Notes: a model not told the origin generated them from the letters alone. 64,000 nucleotides of DNA from Anthoceros angustus (GCA_010909165.1 VJWM01000202.1:1-64000); one strand, 5' to 3'; counted from the first letter of the stretch, positions 38,801 through 51,365 are shown. Made by a program: numbers and translations.

Positions 38801-39035
38801 GCAAGAGGCTCAAGAGATGCAAGCAAGGAGAACAGGAATAGGGGCATGGAAGGAGCCAGGACAGAGCTGGTGGACAGACGTGGATGGGCTGGTGCATAGG
38901 TTTGTGGTTGGGGACAGAAAGCATCTCGACAGTGCAGGTATACATGCACGGCTGAAACAGCTTGTCCCCGAAATGAAGAAAGTAGGATATGTGCCACATC
39001 TGGATTTGTCACCCCAGGACTTATCTGAGATGTGA
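35811..39035 (+). CDS. PLS-class pentatricopeptide repeat protein (E1/E2/E+; truncated DYW:WW), organellar RNA-editing factor. Start codon uncertain (first ATG 36099)
   Basis: Repeated P-L-S triplets (DVVTWNAMIAGY / VTFVCLLQACA / SLVNMYAKCGS), HYSCMVDLLGRAG, WRTLLGAC, KEPGQSWW PG box, GYVP. Confidence 0.93.
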   Translation: MKGVPAAPWNCCGNRFSGLAKLVGLQDASQRAPLQEVRLGKGFAARLVAFRFYGYSSFRTIYGGGKTRGAPGPLQQALNLYKPAPAWLDLELGAVDMQMGRRSPVSTLSLQDDLDLRRPTRYERGVTALTVMELCQQEKVTEAVEALGGLVQTDCPVSKYLFYAVVKKCVGKKDLVLGRCAHALIVKMGYESDRFLCNHILRMYASHASLQEAMDVFTVVMEPDAFMWSSIISAHVSHGQASEAVQLYHEMRLSRLKPDGHVFVAALQACARGGDLKSGQQVHADVLASEVEPDLFVCNCLVDMYAKCDRLTDAHSVFDGLRYKDVVTWNAMIAGYSQQGMGQQALQLYDAMQQEGTHAPNYVTFVCLLQACASVGAPALELGKQLHGQINERRLRADVVLGCSLVNMYAKCGSLRDAQSVFDGLGQKDVVTWNAMIAGYSQQGMGQEALHLYSAMQQERITQPDSVTFVSLLQACASVGIHAVEMGNQLHKQIEQRGLQVDVVVGCSLVNMYAKCGSLQDAQSVFDRLPEKNVVTWTALIAGYCQQGMVQEALHVYSTMQQEGVAVPNSVTFLSLLQACASVGVMALEKGKQLHAQIGEQGLQADVTVANNLLNMYAKCGSLQDAQNVFDELHQKDIVTWNTVIAGYSQQGMSQEAFNLYSAMRKEGVPPPNSVTFVCLLQACANEGPLALGKGKQLHAEIGEHGLQVDLFVANSLITMYAKCGSLEDAQSMFDGLVAKDVVTWNAMIAGHSQQGMGQEAFRLYSAMQQEGITSPNSVTFVCLLQACANVSALHKGKQIHAEIKRQGFQADWFLAISLINMYAKCGSMVDAQQVFDALPEKDIVAWNALIAGYTRQGDTTVVFDLLDRMREDGIQPDGITFLSLLTVCSHSGLVSKGREYYEAMGKDHGITPTTVHYSCMVDLLGRAGHLDEALAVVRTMPVQPHGAVWRTLLGACRKWGNVEVGRHAFEEAVKLDEKDAAAFVLMSNIYTSAQMWQEAQEMQARRTGIGAWKEPGQSWWTDVDGLVHRFVVGDRKHLDSAGIHARLKQLVPEMKKVGYVPHLDLSPQDLSEM

Positions 39036-39170
39036 AGCAAAGTCATTTCAATGCATAGCCAGAAGCTGGCTATAGCATGTGCTCCAACTTGGGTACTTGT
39101 ACTTTGAAAATCGGCAGCCCAAACGCTGGGCACATGCAATTTGTGTATAGTAGAGAAGAAGATGATCTGA
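39036..39170 (+). pseudogene. Decayed DYW deaminase remnant downstream of the PPR stop codon
   Basis: In frame after TGA: SKVISMHSQKLAIACAP (HSEKLAIA with E to Q), then further stops. No CxxC or DYW end. Confidence 0.75.
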
Positions 39171-40079
39171 CAGTAGGCATTGGCGGGTGAATCAAGACTC
39201 GAGAAACAGCACATCTCTAATAACAAAAAACTGGGTCACCCAAATACATATTCTCATGTGCTCAGATCGCTGATCTGGCCTCCTCATAGGTACATAGGTA
39301 GTAGGCCTGAGAACTTGGCACAGGTGAGGGTGTCAAAACCATACGCTCTAACCATGTTAGAGCCAAGAGTTGTATTATGTAACTAATCATGATAGTTACT
39401 ACATGTGCTGTAAAGGCACCTTTGCTCATCACCTCTCGCCCAAAGATTTGTCCAAGCATCACAGCCTAATAGCTGCCGCAGCTCGGGAAACAACCGGGAC
39501 ACATTACTGAACAGTTGAGTCCATTGTTTTGTTTCATCCAGCGAGGGTTTGCAGAGATTGAGTCTTTGGGGAGCAATAGCCTGGCGACTTTGCAAGGGCG
39601 ATGTGATTCATGTGAAACATGTCCTTGAGCTAGTGCATGCTTGTTTGTCAGACTGGGTAGATTCCCACCTACGTATGCGCACAGCTAGAAGCATTATTCC
39701 TTCATTAGAATGTCCCGATGATGAAGCCCATGTCCGAACGGCCGAAGGCTTTTATGAACAGATGGACAACTGAACTTCGGTCTCTTCGTACGTGTGCCAT
39801 CCAGGACCACAGATGCATAATACTCCAAATCCAGTGCAGTCATCCAACCCGTCTTTGATGATGCAGCGAGCCGAGTGGGGAGTCGCCGGACCGGATTTCC
39901 TGCGGACTCCAGGAGCTGTGGGCTGTGGCTGATTGGAGTCTTGTGTGCTTGTGTATGTGTGTGTGTGTTTGTTGCTGGTGCAGGCAATATTCTGGCAGCA
40001 CTGGCGAGTCAGAATCCTCCCGAAGCTGCTCCGCCCGGTGTGGACTTTGGCACAAGGTGGCTCTAGTTGGACTCCCTGC

Positions 40080-41703
40080 ATGCGGGTGAGCGGGATGCCA
40101 ACATCTGTTCAGCGCCCCTCCAGGTTTGCTGTGCTCAAGAGCCTGCCAATCTCGTCCCCCGACTCTAGGGTTGCCCCTGCCGCCCTGTGGCTGCAATTCA
40201 GTAGGTGGGGGCTCCCGGCTGGAAGTTGCTATGGCCCTCAAAGCCGATATCAATGTATGTGGGAGGACGACACCAAATTGCGGCCCACACCAGTCGCCCA
40301 GAGGTGGATTCTTCTGGGAGTGAAGAGGATTCCCAGGACCAGTCCTTCGGTATGTGCAATCAGGTCTGCTTTAAAACTTCATCGGACAAGACGGAGATGT
40401 GCAAGCAGTAAAAGCAAGGCAGGTTGCATGCTACACAATGCTAGGTTTCAGTCCTTGGCCGTCGACACAGGGCTCATCGCTGATCAAGAGTCGTACCCTT
40501 GTGTGTCCAATTCATATGTTGCCTTTGAGTCAGCGAGGGATGTGCAATGTGCAGACTTGGAATTGCTGCTGAGGACGACGGGAGAACATGGTGACGGCCG
40601 GGAAATGTTGCCGTTTGAGAGATTCAAGCTGTGGTGCCCGTTCTCGAGTAAACAGAGGAGGCAGCACAGCCACGCGGGGAGTCAAAATGCGTGTGTTGAA
40701 ACTGGTGTGCTACGGGAAATGTGTGCTGGCCGTGACCTGGAGCCAGGAAGAAAGGTAGATCAGGGAGCTGGCAATGGTTCCGACGGCAATTCGCTGAATT
40801 TGGGGAAATCGGGGAGGATACGGTTGAGGTCAGTCTTTCCTGAGAAAGGGGACACTTACGATGATGGTGCAGAGGGTGAGTCTCTGGATGCCGTGCTGGT
40901 CCTGGCAGGAGGGCAAGTTCCAGGTGGAGGGGTTCCCCTTTGGGTGGAGAGGAGACTGGACCTCGCACTCCAAATCCAAAGGATCAACGGACCCTCCTGC
41001 AAAATCGTGTTGTCTGGTGGAGGAACTCCTTACCGGCCTCCGCAGCTGACTCCAGAGGGTTTTGTTCTTCATGAAAGTACCTCGTGTGTGAACTATTTGA
41101 GGCGCAAAGGTGTGGATGCTTCGGTTATGCTCAAGGAATGGGCTTCTTATGACACCATTGGCAACGGGTATTTGTCATTAACTCAGCACGTGATTCCCCT
41201 TGGTTGGAGAAGAATGGCTGTGGTGACTTCCGCATTTCATTTGCCTCGATCCAAAGCTGTGTTTGAGTGGATTTTCGGTCTGAAAGGAGCAGGCATGGGG
41301 CTTCGGCAGTCATGGGGCAGCAATGGTCCAGGACCCTTAGCCCTTGACCGGGGATCTAGTGGACAGGGGTTTCTTCTCCAGTACCACGGTGCATCAGACG
41401 AAGGCATCGACAAGGAGATTATCGGAGTGAGTTTCCTCTCCGCAACCTGCTTTTCCTTGGTCCTTTCAGTCTGAGCTACGCCAGCGCGGTCCAGACTGAT
41501 GTTCGCTCCGTTGTCTTCATCTGCAGTACAGGATAAGTAAGGAACAAAGGTCTCTGCAGAACTTGGAGCCTTTAATTCGTCAAATTCACACACTCTCAGA
41601 TTTCCATGAATGGTTCCACTCAGAACATAAGGCGTACAATGTCGCCAACCAGGATATGTTTGGAAGGGAAAAGCTAGACGATCCTGCGGTCCTCTCATAT
41701 TGA
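40080..41703 (+). CDS. DUF218 (YdcF/ElyC/SanA-like) domain protein, 2 exons, start uncertain
   Basis: DAVLVLAGG..VERRLDLAL..IVLSGGG..HES..KEWASYDTIGN..VVTSAFHLPRS. Second exon YRISKEQRSL..HEWFHSEHKAY..VLSY*. Confidence 0.85.
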
Positions 41704-42512
41704 CGTCGTTATCCTCGTCTGTCACCCTTGGCTCCATCGTCAGGTATGCTTCGAGGTCGATCAATATTCTTCTGGAGTTTGGAAGCTTGCCAGTCTCTCA
41801 ACCGAGTGCACACGTAGTGAAATGGCATAGCCTTAATTATGTGTGAACCTGTTGTGGCTTCCGGTATAACATTATTGATGTACGCACTAGAAGCGGGCTA
41901 GTCCAAGGTGGGAGTGTGCGCGTTGACCATATGCTACCGTGTTGTGGGGCATGACCAGTTTCCAATGTCTGGACAAAATTCACGCAATTTGAGGAAGGAG
42001 TTGTGGTGGTAGGATAGCCTAGCCTGGTGTGCAAGAGAGCAATTGGTGATGGGACAGACACAGTCCTCTCCTATGAAGAGTAGGAAGCTCTGCAGCTGCA
42101 GCAGTTTTGGTGGTCAATGGTGGCTTGTACATTTAACAACTCAGCAGAAGACAAACATGCGGGGATGATTCATGACGAGGACTTGAAAGTCCGAACTTGG
42201 GCAGGGCGTTGGTCTTTCAGACTCAAGGACAATTCAATCTGGGCACAGTCTGCCTCAATGGGTGAATGTCACAGTGTCAGGAGTGTTTCTCAGACCCGAA
42301 ATCAACAGACCCGGGTAGTAAGAATCATACAAGGGCTTGGGCCCCTCAATTCTTTGGCAGTTCCTCAAATCTGTACAGGTTTGTAGCTAGGATGCTAATT
42401 CCTTCTCCTTGTCCCTCAAGCTGCCGAAAAAACTGCAGTCGTGCTATCTAGAACCTAGTATCAATGGCCTAACGAGGTAGGTCTGTACTTTACAAATGTC
42501 AGTAGCATTGGA

Positions 42513-45136
42513 TCAAGGGACAGAGCGGAATAGCATGTCCTTGACCATCCCCTTCATCTCACTCTCCGGTTTGGACCACTCATCGGTGCTGTAGTACAAG
42601 AAGTTGATCTCAGAAGACATTCCAAGGAAGAGAAGCCTCCCCTCTGGGTGCAAGCAGCTGGTTGCGTCACCGTGCGTAAACGCCAGACGCATAAGCTGTT
42701 TGGTGGCCTCTTCTGCTTTCTGCATCAGCTGCTCCTCAGCCTCTTCCACCGTCAGGGAAGGATTCTGGTCCATCCAGATCGTCACGCTGTTGAACTTGCC
42801 CATCTCCCTCTCTCTCTGCGCACACAACAAGTTTCGTACCACGATGAGTTCACATGGAAGGCTTAGCCTTTGCTTTCAACAGACAGTGAGGAAGACGGGG
42901 TCACAGGCAGCACTTACCCTTGTGGATCGCACGTCGTTGAGGAGCCTGCCCAAGTGACTGACAAGGTGCATGTGGAGAAGGTAGTCGGAGCCGTCCAGGA
43001 TGTCGTCTGAAAGCTTGTTGGGCATGAACAAGAGTGTGCTCAGAAGGATGGGCTCCAGAGCAAAGGAAGGCTCTGCGGCCTCAAGGTACTCTGGCAAGGA
43101 TGGAAGGTAAGCTTTTTCGTTCCACTCGGCCTCTGTCAACATTGCCTCCAGCACCCGCACATATGAGCCTCGCAGGTGCCGCCCGACGTCACGTCCTTGA
43201 AACTGAGGCGAAGATGCAGCTTCGCTCATGGAGTTTACAGTGTCGTAGATGGCAAAGAAGAGGATCTGTTGCAGCTCACTCCCGTTTTGTACCAATGACG
43301 GGTCCCACCTGCAGGGAAGCACAGTAGTTCGTCCATGGTCAACTTCACTGCGCCGACAAACAACTTTATCGAGAGGGTCTGGAAGCGGGGACGAAGTCAT
43401 TGCAAGCTTAAGGTTCCATGGACTACCTTCTTATTGCTTCAACGAATGTCTGCATTTCGGAGAAAGGCTCGAGCTTCAAGTCAAAGTAGTCGTCAGCCAC
43501 AGTGAGCAGCACTGAGTTCTGAGTGCAGGCTGCCAATGACTCCCACAAATCTGCCGGTGCTCCAGCCCCCAAAGCCCCGAAGTAGCTTTCTGTCACCATC
43601 CCACGCTTGCCCATGTTGATCTTGTCCAACTTGCAGTCCACGTACCATCTGCATGACCCAAATGGAATAGACAACGATGCTGGTGAGCGGTAGTTGCAGG
43701 TCCGAAAGAGACAATCCCAGAGACGTGCACAACAACTCTGCTGCAGCCTGCAAATATTGACTGGCAGCTCACCTTTCAAGCTTTTGGATCTCTTGCCGGT
43801 GTCTTGACTGCTCCAAATTGAAGTTTGCCTTTGCCAGATCGAGGAGGCCCTGCTCATTGATCAAACTGAAGCCCCTGCAGGCGCACACAGAAGGCAATGC
43901 ACATCAGCATCGGGAAGAAATAATATAAAATTCGGGAAACAGAGCAGTTTGGGCGACGTACAACTGCAAGTATTGCCTCTTCCCGACATGAGCAGGCCTG
44001 GGAACGAACTCCTCGATAGACCTCCGCTGAGTCGATCTCCAAATAGTGGCTTTCCAGGGCCGGTTCAGCTCAAGATCAACCTGCGCAATCGCGGACAGAG
44101 TCGACTCGCGTTTCCCATCAGGCTTTCATGCGAACGGATGGAGCGTTCCCCACAATCATAACCTTACATAGGTGAGCGCAAGTGTGCGTACCTCGTGCGA
44201 GAGATCTTTGGAGAAGGTATCGTCCCAGCAGTCATTCTTGGCCTGTCTGTCCTTCAGCAGACGCAAGGCTTGTAGCCTGCCGTCCTCCAGGAGCGTCTCG
44301 CCGAGATACGCTCTTTGGCTGGCTCTGTAGAAGTTGAGCACGGTGGCCACGGAGTCGTCATGAGACAGCAAGTCTCCACTGGGCTTCCTGAACTTCTGGA
44401 ACACGTCAGGCGAGACATGGTAGCCGTGCTGCCGGAGGAAGAGGAAGGCCAGGGAGGTGTCACGGAGAGTGGCAATTCCAGTTCTGGCGGATCCGGACCA
44501 GCAGTGCCTGCAATTCAATACTACAACTCCATGAACCCTGGGGCCTGCCTGGGGCTGTCCAAAACCGTTTGCTTCCAGCTACTGTGCCGAGCAGAGAGGT
44601 CAGAGAGCGCAGGCCTACCTATAGAGCACTTGGAGAAACCGGTCGATCTCACGCTTGAAATGAGCAGAGAGTGCGAGGCGCTCCAAGCTGTCCAGCAGCG
44701 CCAGGCCCTCGGAGAGCGTGGCAGTGAGGTCTGAAACTGCACCGTCTAGTTGCACGAGCGCAGCTTCCAGGCGGCCCGGGATGAGTTCCAGCCAGGACGT
44801 GGTCGAGGAAGCACACTTGTTCGGCCGGGCTGCATCGAGCGAGGAGCCCTTGACGGGCTCGGTGAGCTGCTGCAGCTGAGCGCGATCGTCCGCGCGCCTG
44901 GTGGCAGCAGGAGGTGCGTCGGCTGTGGTGGAAGCGGTGCCAGTAGTGCTAGTGCTGCTGGCCTGCATTCGAATTCCAATTCTCATTCTGCACTGAGACG
45001 GTCGAACGCGCGGGAGCCATGGCCGTCGTGCTGAGCCTGAGCCTGAGCCTGAGCCTGGGCCTGGGCCCGGGGCAGCGACGGAGTTGGTGGTTGCCAATTG
45101 CAAGGACCTCCCGAGTCCCACGCGCACGGCCTCCAT
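42513..45136 (-). CDS. Class I terpene synthase, kaurene-synthase-like, beta-alpha two-domain with plastid transit peptide, 7 exons
   Basis: LDSLERLALSAHFKREID, TSLAFLFLRQHGYHVSPDVF, LDLAKANFNLEQSRH, TVADDYFD, SFALEPI, RLLNDVRSTRRE, GKFNSV. The exons splice in frame. Confidence 0.93.
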
Positions 45137-46010
45137 TCTCAGGATGCAAGCTTGGAATGTGATCTCGTGAACGCCGCGAGCTGCTGGATGGAGGTTGAGA
45201 GTTCAAGACTGAACCTGGTGTTTTGATCTTGCACGGAGTAGGAGGCGAGCTCGGAGGTGGCCACGGCTGTGTTCGACTGGCACATGAAGGAAGCCTGTCG
45301 CTCAGGATTTAAGCTCTAACTTCTTCAGCCCCGGGGGTGAGCGCTTACAAATGTAGCAAGTCAAGTTCTTTCGGATAACGCTTCACCGTGAGGGATACTT
45401 TCCCAGCATTTGCCAGGAACGAGCGCCTTTCTGGCCGGTAACCAAGACCCGCGTTAGGCGGCTACAAGAAATTTACACCATAACACAATCACAAACCACC
45501 CACGGACCATGAATGGTCGACCTTTCCCGACCAACAAGACAAAAATGGATTACGCATTCACCGTCGCGTGCGAAAACATGGGGAATAACTATTTTTATCC
45601 ATCCTCCACTTGTGTTTTGATCGCTAAACTCCATGGACCCTAACGCTCGCTAAACTGCACACCTACGCCCAGCTTAGAGCACCATTTGTCAGTGCGATCT
45701 ACAAACATAAATGTTTTGGTAACAGTTGGCCCTATTATAACCCGTGGCGTTTGTAGCCATCGACTTCCAACACCAAAAACCCAGCATCAACGTATCGGTA
45801 AATGACGAACAGCGCCTTACGATCCGGACTGCGCTTTGGTCAGTCATTCTTTTCTTCTTTTTTTTACGAGAATTTAATCTTTAATCATTCTTTATGTACG
45901 CCATTGCATACACATTGTCAGTGCCATGCAGATGGCGTTAGCTAATACCAGTGTATAGGATGGCAGCAACCGCAGGATGCCTACGGCAAGCACCAAGTGT
46001 TAGGTAAGCC

Positions 46011-46210
46011 CGAACCACGACGTTCTCCGTAGTTTCAAAATGGCGATCGTGGGAACTATGCCCACCTGGCTTTCTTATTTCGAACCACGACATTCTCCAT
46101 ACTTTCAAGATGGCGATCGTGGGAACTAAGCCGCCCTGGCTTTCTTATTTCGAACCACCACATTCTGGGTAGTTTCAAGATGGGCGATCGTAGGAACTAA
46201 GCCCCCTGGC
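46011..46210. repeat. Tandem repeat, 70 bp x3
   Basis: CGAACCACGAC..TTTCAAGATGGCGATCGTGGGAACTA..CTGGCTTTCTTATTT at 46011, 46081 and 46151. Confidence 0.85.
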
Positions 46211-47141
46211 CTGGGGCCCTTTAGAGGGTAGTCCCCTTCGTCTCGGGGTAGATGGATATTTTTCAATTCTTTTTTACATAAAATCTCCACGTCCCTCATT
46301 GCAAAAACAGAGGGGTCTCTACGTCCCGCCATTGCATAAACATTAAAGACGATGAGGGCACCTTCCCTTTTGTCGTCTTGGTTCTGAGTCGTGAGCACAT
46401 GCTTTTGTTCCTTTCCCTTAGAACTATGTGGAGTAGAACGATTATGCTCATCCAGATCGGGTCGGTTTCGTTGCTAGTCCGCCGTTTCCTTGTACACCCC
46501 AGGAAACCACCCACCGGCTGTTGCAGCTAGTCCAGACGGGCAAGTATAGCAACCATGACCATGCAGCCACATACTGCCCTTTCGCGTTTGCTGGTGAGCG
46601 GTGCCATTGACGAGACGTCTCCATGCGTGGCAATCGTCTACCGTTCATTGCGGAGAAAGTTCGAGTCCGGATTCTATCGTTCCAAAGCGACCCTAGCCAG
46701 GAGGCTGAACACCGCGAGGGCCGCCAGAAACAACCATGCTTTGTTCAGACCTCGAACTCCGTGTAGAGTCATAGTCATAAATTTCGTGGTCCATACAATG
46801 TTCCGGCCAGTATGTATTACCGTAGGAGCAGCCTTGTGATACGAGCTGAGGTAGCCCATTTCTAGTGCTTGCTTTCCCAAGCCCTCAAGTGAATTCTCCT
46901 TCCTTGTACTTGTCACCTCGTTCACTGCTCGGCTGTTCAATCTGGTCAAACAACAAGGCGTACAGTGCTCTAGGAAAGGGACCGGTAGTGAAATCTCCAA
47001 GCCCAGGGAAGACGAAACGTAATTCTGATGAGGCATCTGCTACAACGGACAATGCTGCTCCCTGATGCTGTCGCTCCCGTTGAGCTCGTCTCACAAGGAA
47101 TTGCAGCAGCCAGTTTTCTCGGCCTCTGTCGTCACCAAGAA

Positions 47142-50100
47142 TCATTCCAAAGGCGCACAAGACAAACCCAGCATGCCCTCCATGACATTTTTCAAGGCCT
47201 GCAAATTCAAGGCCAAATCATTTATCGACAATACTCGAGGGGTGAAAAGACACGAATCGACTGAGTGCGAACAAACAAACACAGAGTCAGGGACAAAGGG
47301 GTTACCTCGGTTGCGAATTGCGCCTTTTGGAACAGGAGCTCATTCATCGCTTCAGCAGGTCTTTCAAACACACTGTAGAAGGACTCGAAAAACACAGCTC
47401 TGCACAACCCAGCCACCCTTAGCAAAACGGATGTGTTTCTTGAATTTTTTGGTCTTAAATAACCTGTCACTAATGAAGGAGCTTACTGCGACTCTTTCGT
47501 GTTTACATCCACCATTTGATCAAACTTTCTGACCAGAATCTCTGCAGCGGCTGGGGACATGCCATAGAGGATGAGGGTTTCCAAAGTGCGAGGAAATTGG
47601 TCCTGTCACATGTTGAAAAAGCGCGGAGTTCACACAAGAGCTCCAGCAATGCATGCTGTCTCAAAGAAGTCACAGTCTCTTACCACCAGCCGAAACAAGA
47701 TCCGTTGAAGCAAAACATGATCGATGGAGAAAACCTTGGCAATGGCACTTTTAGCCTCCTCCAACTTCTCACCAGCACATCTCGCTTCAGGATCAACAGC
47801 TACTTGCTCATTTTCAACCAACGATGCCACGCTGAGAACAAGAGTAATCAGGTACTGGGCCTCTGATGGTGTAAAGTTGTTGACAGCAGAGGCACCCTCC
47901 GTAAGCTTAGCTGTTGTGCTTGGCAACTGTTCCATTTGTGAGCCATCTTTGACACAACCAATGGCCCCTTGGCCAACTAGCTTCAAGCTGTGGGACGATT
48001 GATCACCGTCTACTGATTTGTTCGCTTTGTCCACAGTATCAGCAAGCCAGGAACCTTGCAGTTCTGCTACCATGCGGTCCTGAGGAAAATATGATAAATT
48101 GGAATGTCACTGGAGGCAGTTACTGTAACAAGGACAATCGACACAGGAATAGGGAGCGGCGGCTACCTTCTCAGTATCTACAAGGCTGATCGTTGGGATA
48201 ATAGAAGCCACCAGAGATACATGACAGCCGGTCACGGGAGAGACATTAGCCAGTCTGGATTCGAAACCCAACTGCAGTATTGAAAGACATATCTTGAAGA
48301 TGCTCTTCTAGTCTTGCCAGACGAGATTCATCACCTTACCTCGCTATGATTCGGCGCAGGTAGTATGCATCCATGTGAGTGCCTAATGCTGATGATATTG
48401 CTGAAGGCCACCAAAAGTTAACAGCAATTGTTACACTCTCACTGTTCACCTGGTGATACCTGAAGCCAAGTGTTTTTCATTCAACACTCATCGCTGTCTG
48501 CTGACCAAAAAGAAATCTCAAAGACAACGCTGCAAAGAGAACTTTACAAGAAGAAACAATTGTTCCTCTCATGTATGTCCATCCAGCTCTGCAAGATATG
48601 GACTGATTAAGAAGTACCAGCCTTCAGGAATGAAAAGTGCATCCCCTGCCTTCAAAGACACAGTCCGGGAGCACTCCATGGCTCCCTTAAAGCGCGGATG
48701 AAGCTCCAGATCAGGCTCCACAAAATCAACGGCACTGGAATTGCGAAGAAAGACCAGCATATTGAAGTATATCAAGCACACATATACGGACACAGAAACA
48801 TCCCTCTTAAGATACAAAGCACCCAAGGCAGCAGCCAGTTGGCACCCAAGACAACTTACATTTACCTGTGATTTGATGACTCCCCATAAATGGGACAGGG
48901 ATATAAGGTCACAGCAGCTGAAGGTGGCCACAACATCACTGCAGTACGAGGAGAGCAAGACGACAGTTATCAAGGAAGGTTGATTCGTAGCCCACTAGGA
49001 TAGCATATTGTTTGAACAGCTGTACCTTCCTTCGATCCAACCACCACGCAGAGCAAGTTGTGGAAGGGATCGTAGTGGATGCTGGATCTGGATCCATTCA
49101 CACTCATCCACATATTAATGTTTGACACGTCCTCAATCTTCAAAAATCCTGGCTAAAAAGGACCCGATCACAAATTTAGGCAGTGCAGCGGGCCAAAAGC
49201 AATAAGCTTGCTGACAGAACACATGCTGAAACACCAGCTTCATCTGAGGACGCCACTAATAGAGAGAGAAAGTGCACCCCCCGCAGAATCCCTTCTAAAT
49301 CGTACATTACTTACCACAGAGATATCCTCCATCAAACATCCTAAAGGAGCAGTATTGCTTGAACTTTTGTACATAGGTACCTGCAGCCAAAGAAATATGG
49401 TCACGAGCCATTTCACAAGTAACCTGCGAGCAGGGAGAGTTCTCTTTCTGCAAAAGATAAGTGCAAAACTCTCGGTACGGGAGTCCAAAAGCATCACTGG
49501 GACCTGGGCAAGATATAAGTGATGTTGATGAGCGACTCCACCCAACGTTGTCCCCTCTTCATCTCCTGTTGCTCTCGATGCAGTATCTGGCAACAAGTCT
49601 AATGCAGTGCTAGGAAATAGGATGTCATGTCCTTGCAATGATGCGATGGCTAGATCCAGGAAGTCACTGAATAAAACTTGTGTCTGCAGGTATTCACAGT
49701 CTAGGTCAAGCACATAGTAAGTAGCAACGCTTAGAAAATCATCCTGCAATCTCACCCGATTATGCTTTCCGAGTTCTCCAGTAAAAACCTGCCCACGACT
49801 TGACCCCATGGCTACCACATCACAGTTGCCAGCCGCCTCCTGCATCACATGCAAACGGGGGAAATTGACTCTTCTCATCCTTCCAGTGGTGACCATCAAG
49901 CCTGTTGCAGCGACACCTGGATCACCTTCAAATATTGTAAGCCACCCTTGCGGGAATCCCAGCTTCTAAAAGCCTTCCACTCCTGGACAGCACCACCCAG
50001 CACCTGCACAATCCTAACGCCCATGAGGACCCTTCAGCGAGTGTCAGTGGTAGTCTTCATAAACAGAACGTAGAACGTACCACCGGCAGGTTGCGCAGCT

Positions 50101-50167
50101 CGACACATGACTTGAAGCTAGTGGCCGAGGGCACGTCCTCCAAGTGCTGGACACTCCACTTCTCCAT
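47142..50167 (-). CDS. JmjC-domain 2-oxoglutarate/Fe(II) oxygenase, JMJ31-like, multi-exon
   Basis: PSATSFKSCVELRNLPVV, LYLAQVP, NMWM..SSIHYDPFHNLLCVVVG, LKAGDALFIPEGWYHQV..IAVNFWW, FPRTLETLIL..SPAAAEIL, FYSVF. Confidence 0.88.
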
Positions 50168-51365
50168 GAGACAGTGGTGTACCAAAGCTTGCTACCTGTT
50201 GAACGTATTGCCCAGTCCAACCCTACTCTCTGCTGCTCAAGCACATAACTGATGGATAATTGCTGGATGTGATACGGCTGCAGATTTTGTTACAAGTCGG
50301 ATGATAAACGCACATACAAGTAATCGTTGCGGGCGGCTATGGACCCATCATCTTCATTACTTGCCAGGGTCCGTTCACCTTATCAGCCTCCATCCTGATC
50401 TTTCATCTTCACCATTCCATGGGCATTCATCCATTTCATTCATATGCGTTCCTTTCGTTTAGCAATTAGACACCGTTCATCTTAGTCATCATCCTGGTCT
50501 TTCCATCTTCACCGTGCCATATTCATACGCGTTTTCGTTTGGCAAATATAGACGGGCTCGTGCCGCTCGTGTGCCAGTCTTGTAGGGGATCGACGTGCTG
50601 TTCCTCGTGTCGCTGCTTTCCCTTTCGTCCCCTCCCGACGTTGCTAGACTGTGCCTGTCTTGTCTGATTTTTTAGCCTTACAGGACAACTGGCCGGTAAT
50701 TGGATGCGTTTTGCGCGGGGAAGGCAAACTGGGTGTCCCTACCTGCCACAAGAGGCGGTGCCGCTCGATTTCATGTCCGGGAACGGAATTATCGAGCACT
50801 TCTGAGGCTGATCCGGCCTCGTGGCTGGATGGAAATGGCCTCCGCGTTGTTGCTGTACGGCTTCTCTGCATCGCCTTGACGAAGGTAGCGGGGCTTCTTG
50901 GCTTTGATTCCTGGCTTGCCGTTCTGTGTTGTCTGGTGCTCTTTCTCGTATCGATTCTTTCAATTGCCCGGCGGCCAAGAAGTGATTTCCAGCAACTGAG
51001 ATTCGAGCACCTGTGGCAGGGCAATCCAAGCTTCTGTGCTGCAGTTCTTGGCCTATTGATTTTTTGTTGTGAAAACTATTTGGGCTGTGTCGATCTTCTC
51101 CTCCTGCCCTTCCTCATCCGTCTTGTTCAGCGGTTCCGACGTATTGGCCGTGCCTGGTGGTTTGGGACTGTGAGAACAGCCATTGTGGTATGGTTGAATG
51201 CAGGGCAGGAAGCCGAGTCTCTGAATCCCGGGGACCCATGTGAGGATGTCTAATAGTATGTCGGATTACGCAGGTGAGCGTCGGATATCGAATCAGTGGC
51301 TTCATAGGGGTGGAGACAGGTGTAAGGAAAACGATGCTGCTGCGGGATAGTATGTTTGCCAGACA

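Noticed and set aside
39033-39035. Idea that the PPR stop codon is removed by U-to-C editing
   Set aside because: Such editing is organellar while this is a nuclear gene, and the downstream DYW remnant has further lesions.
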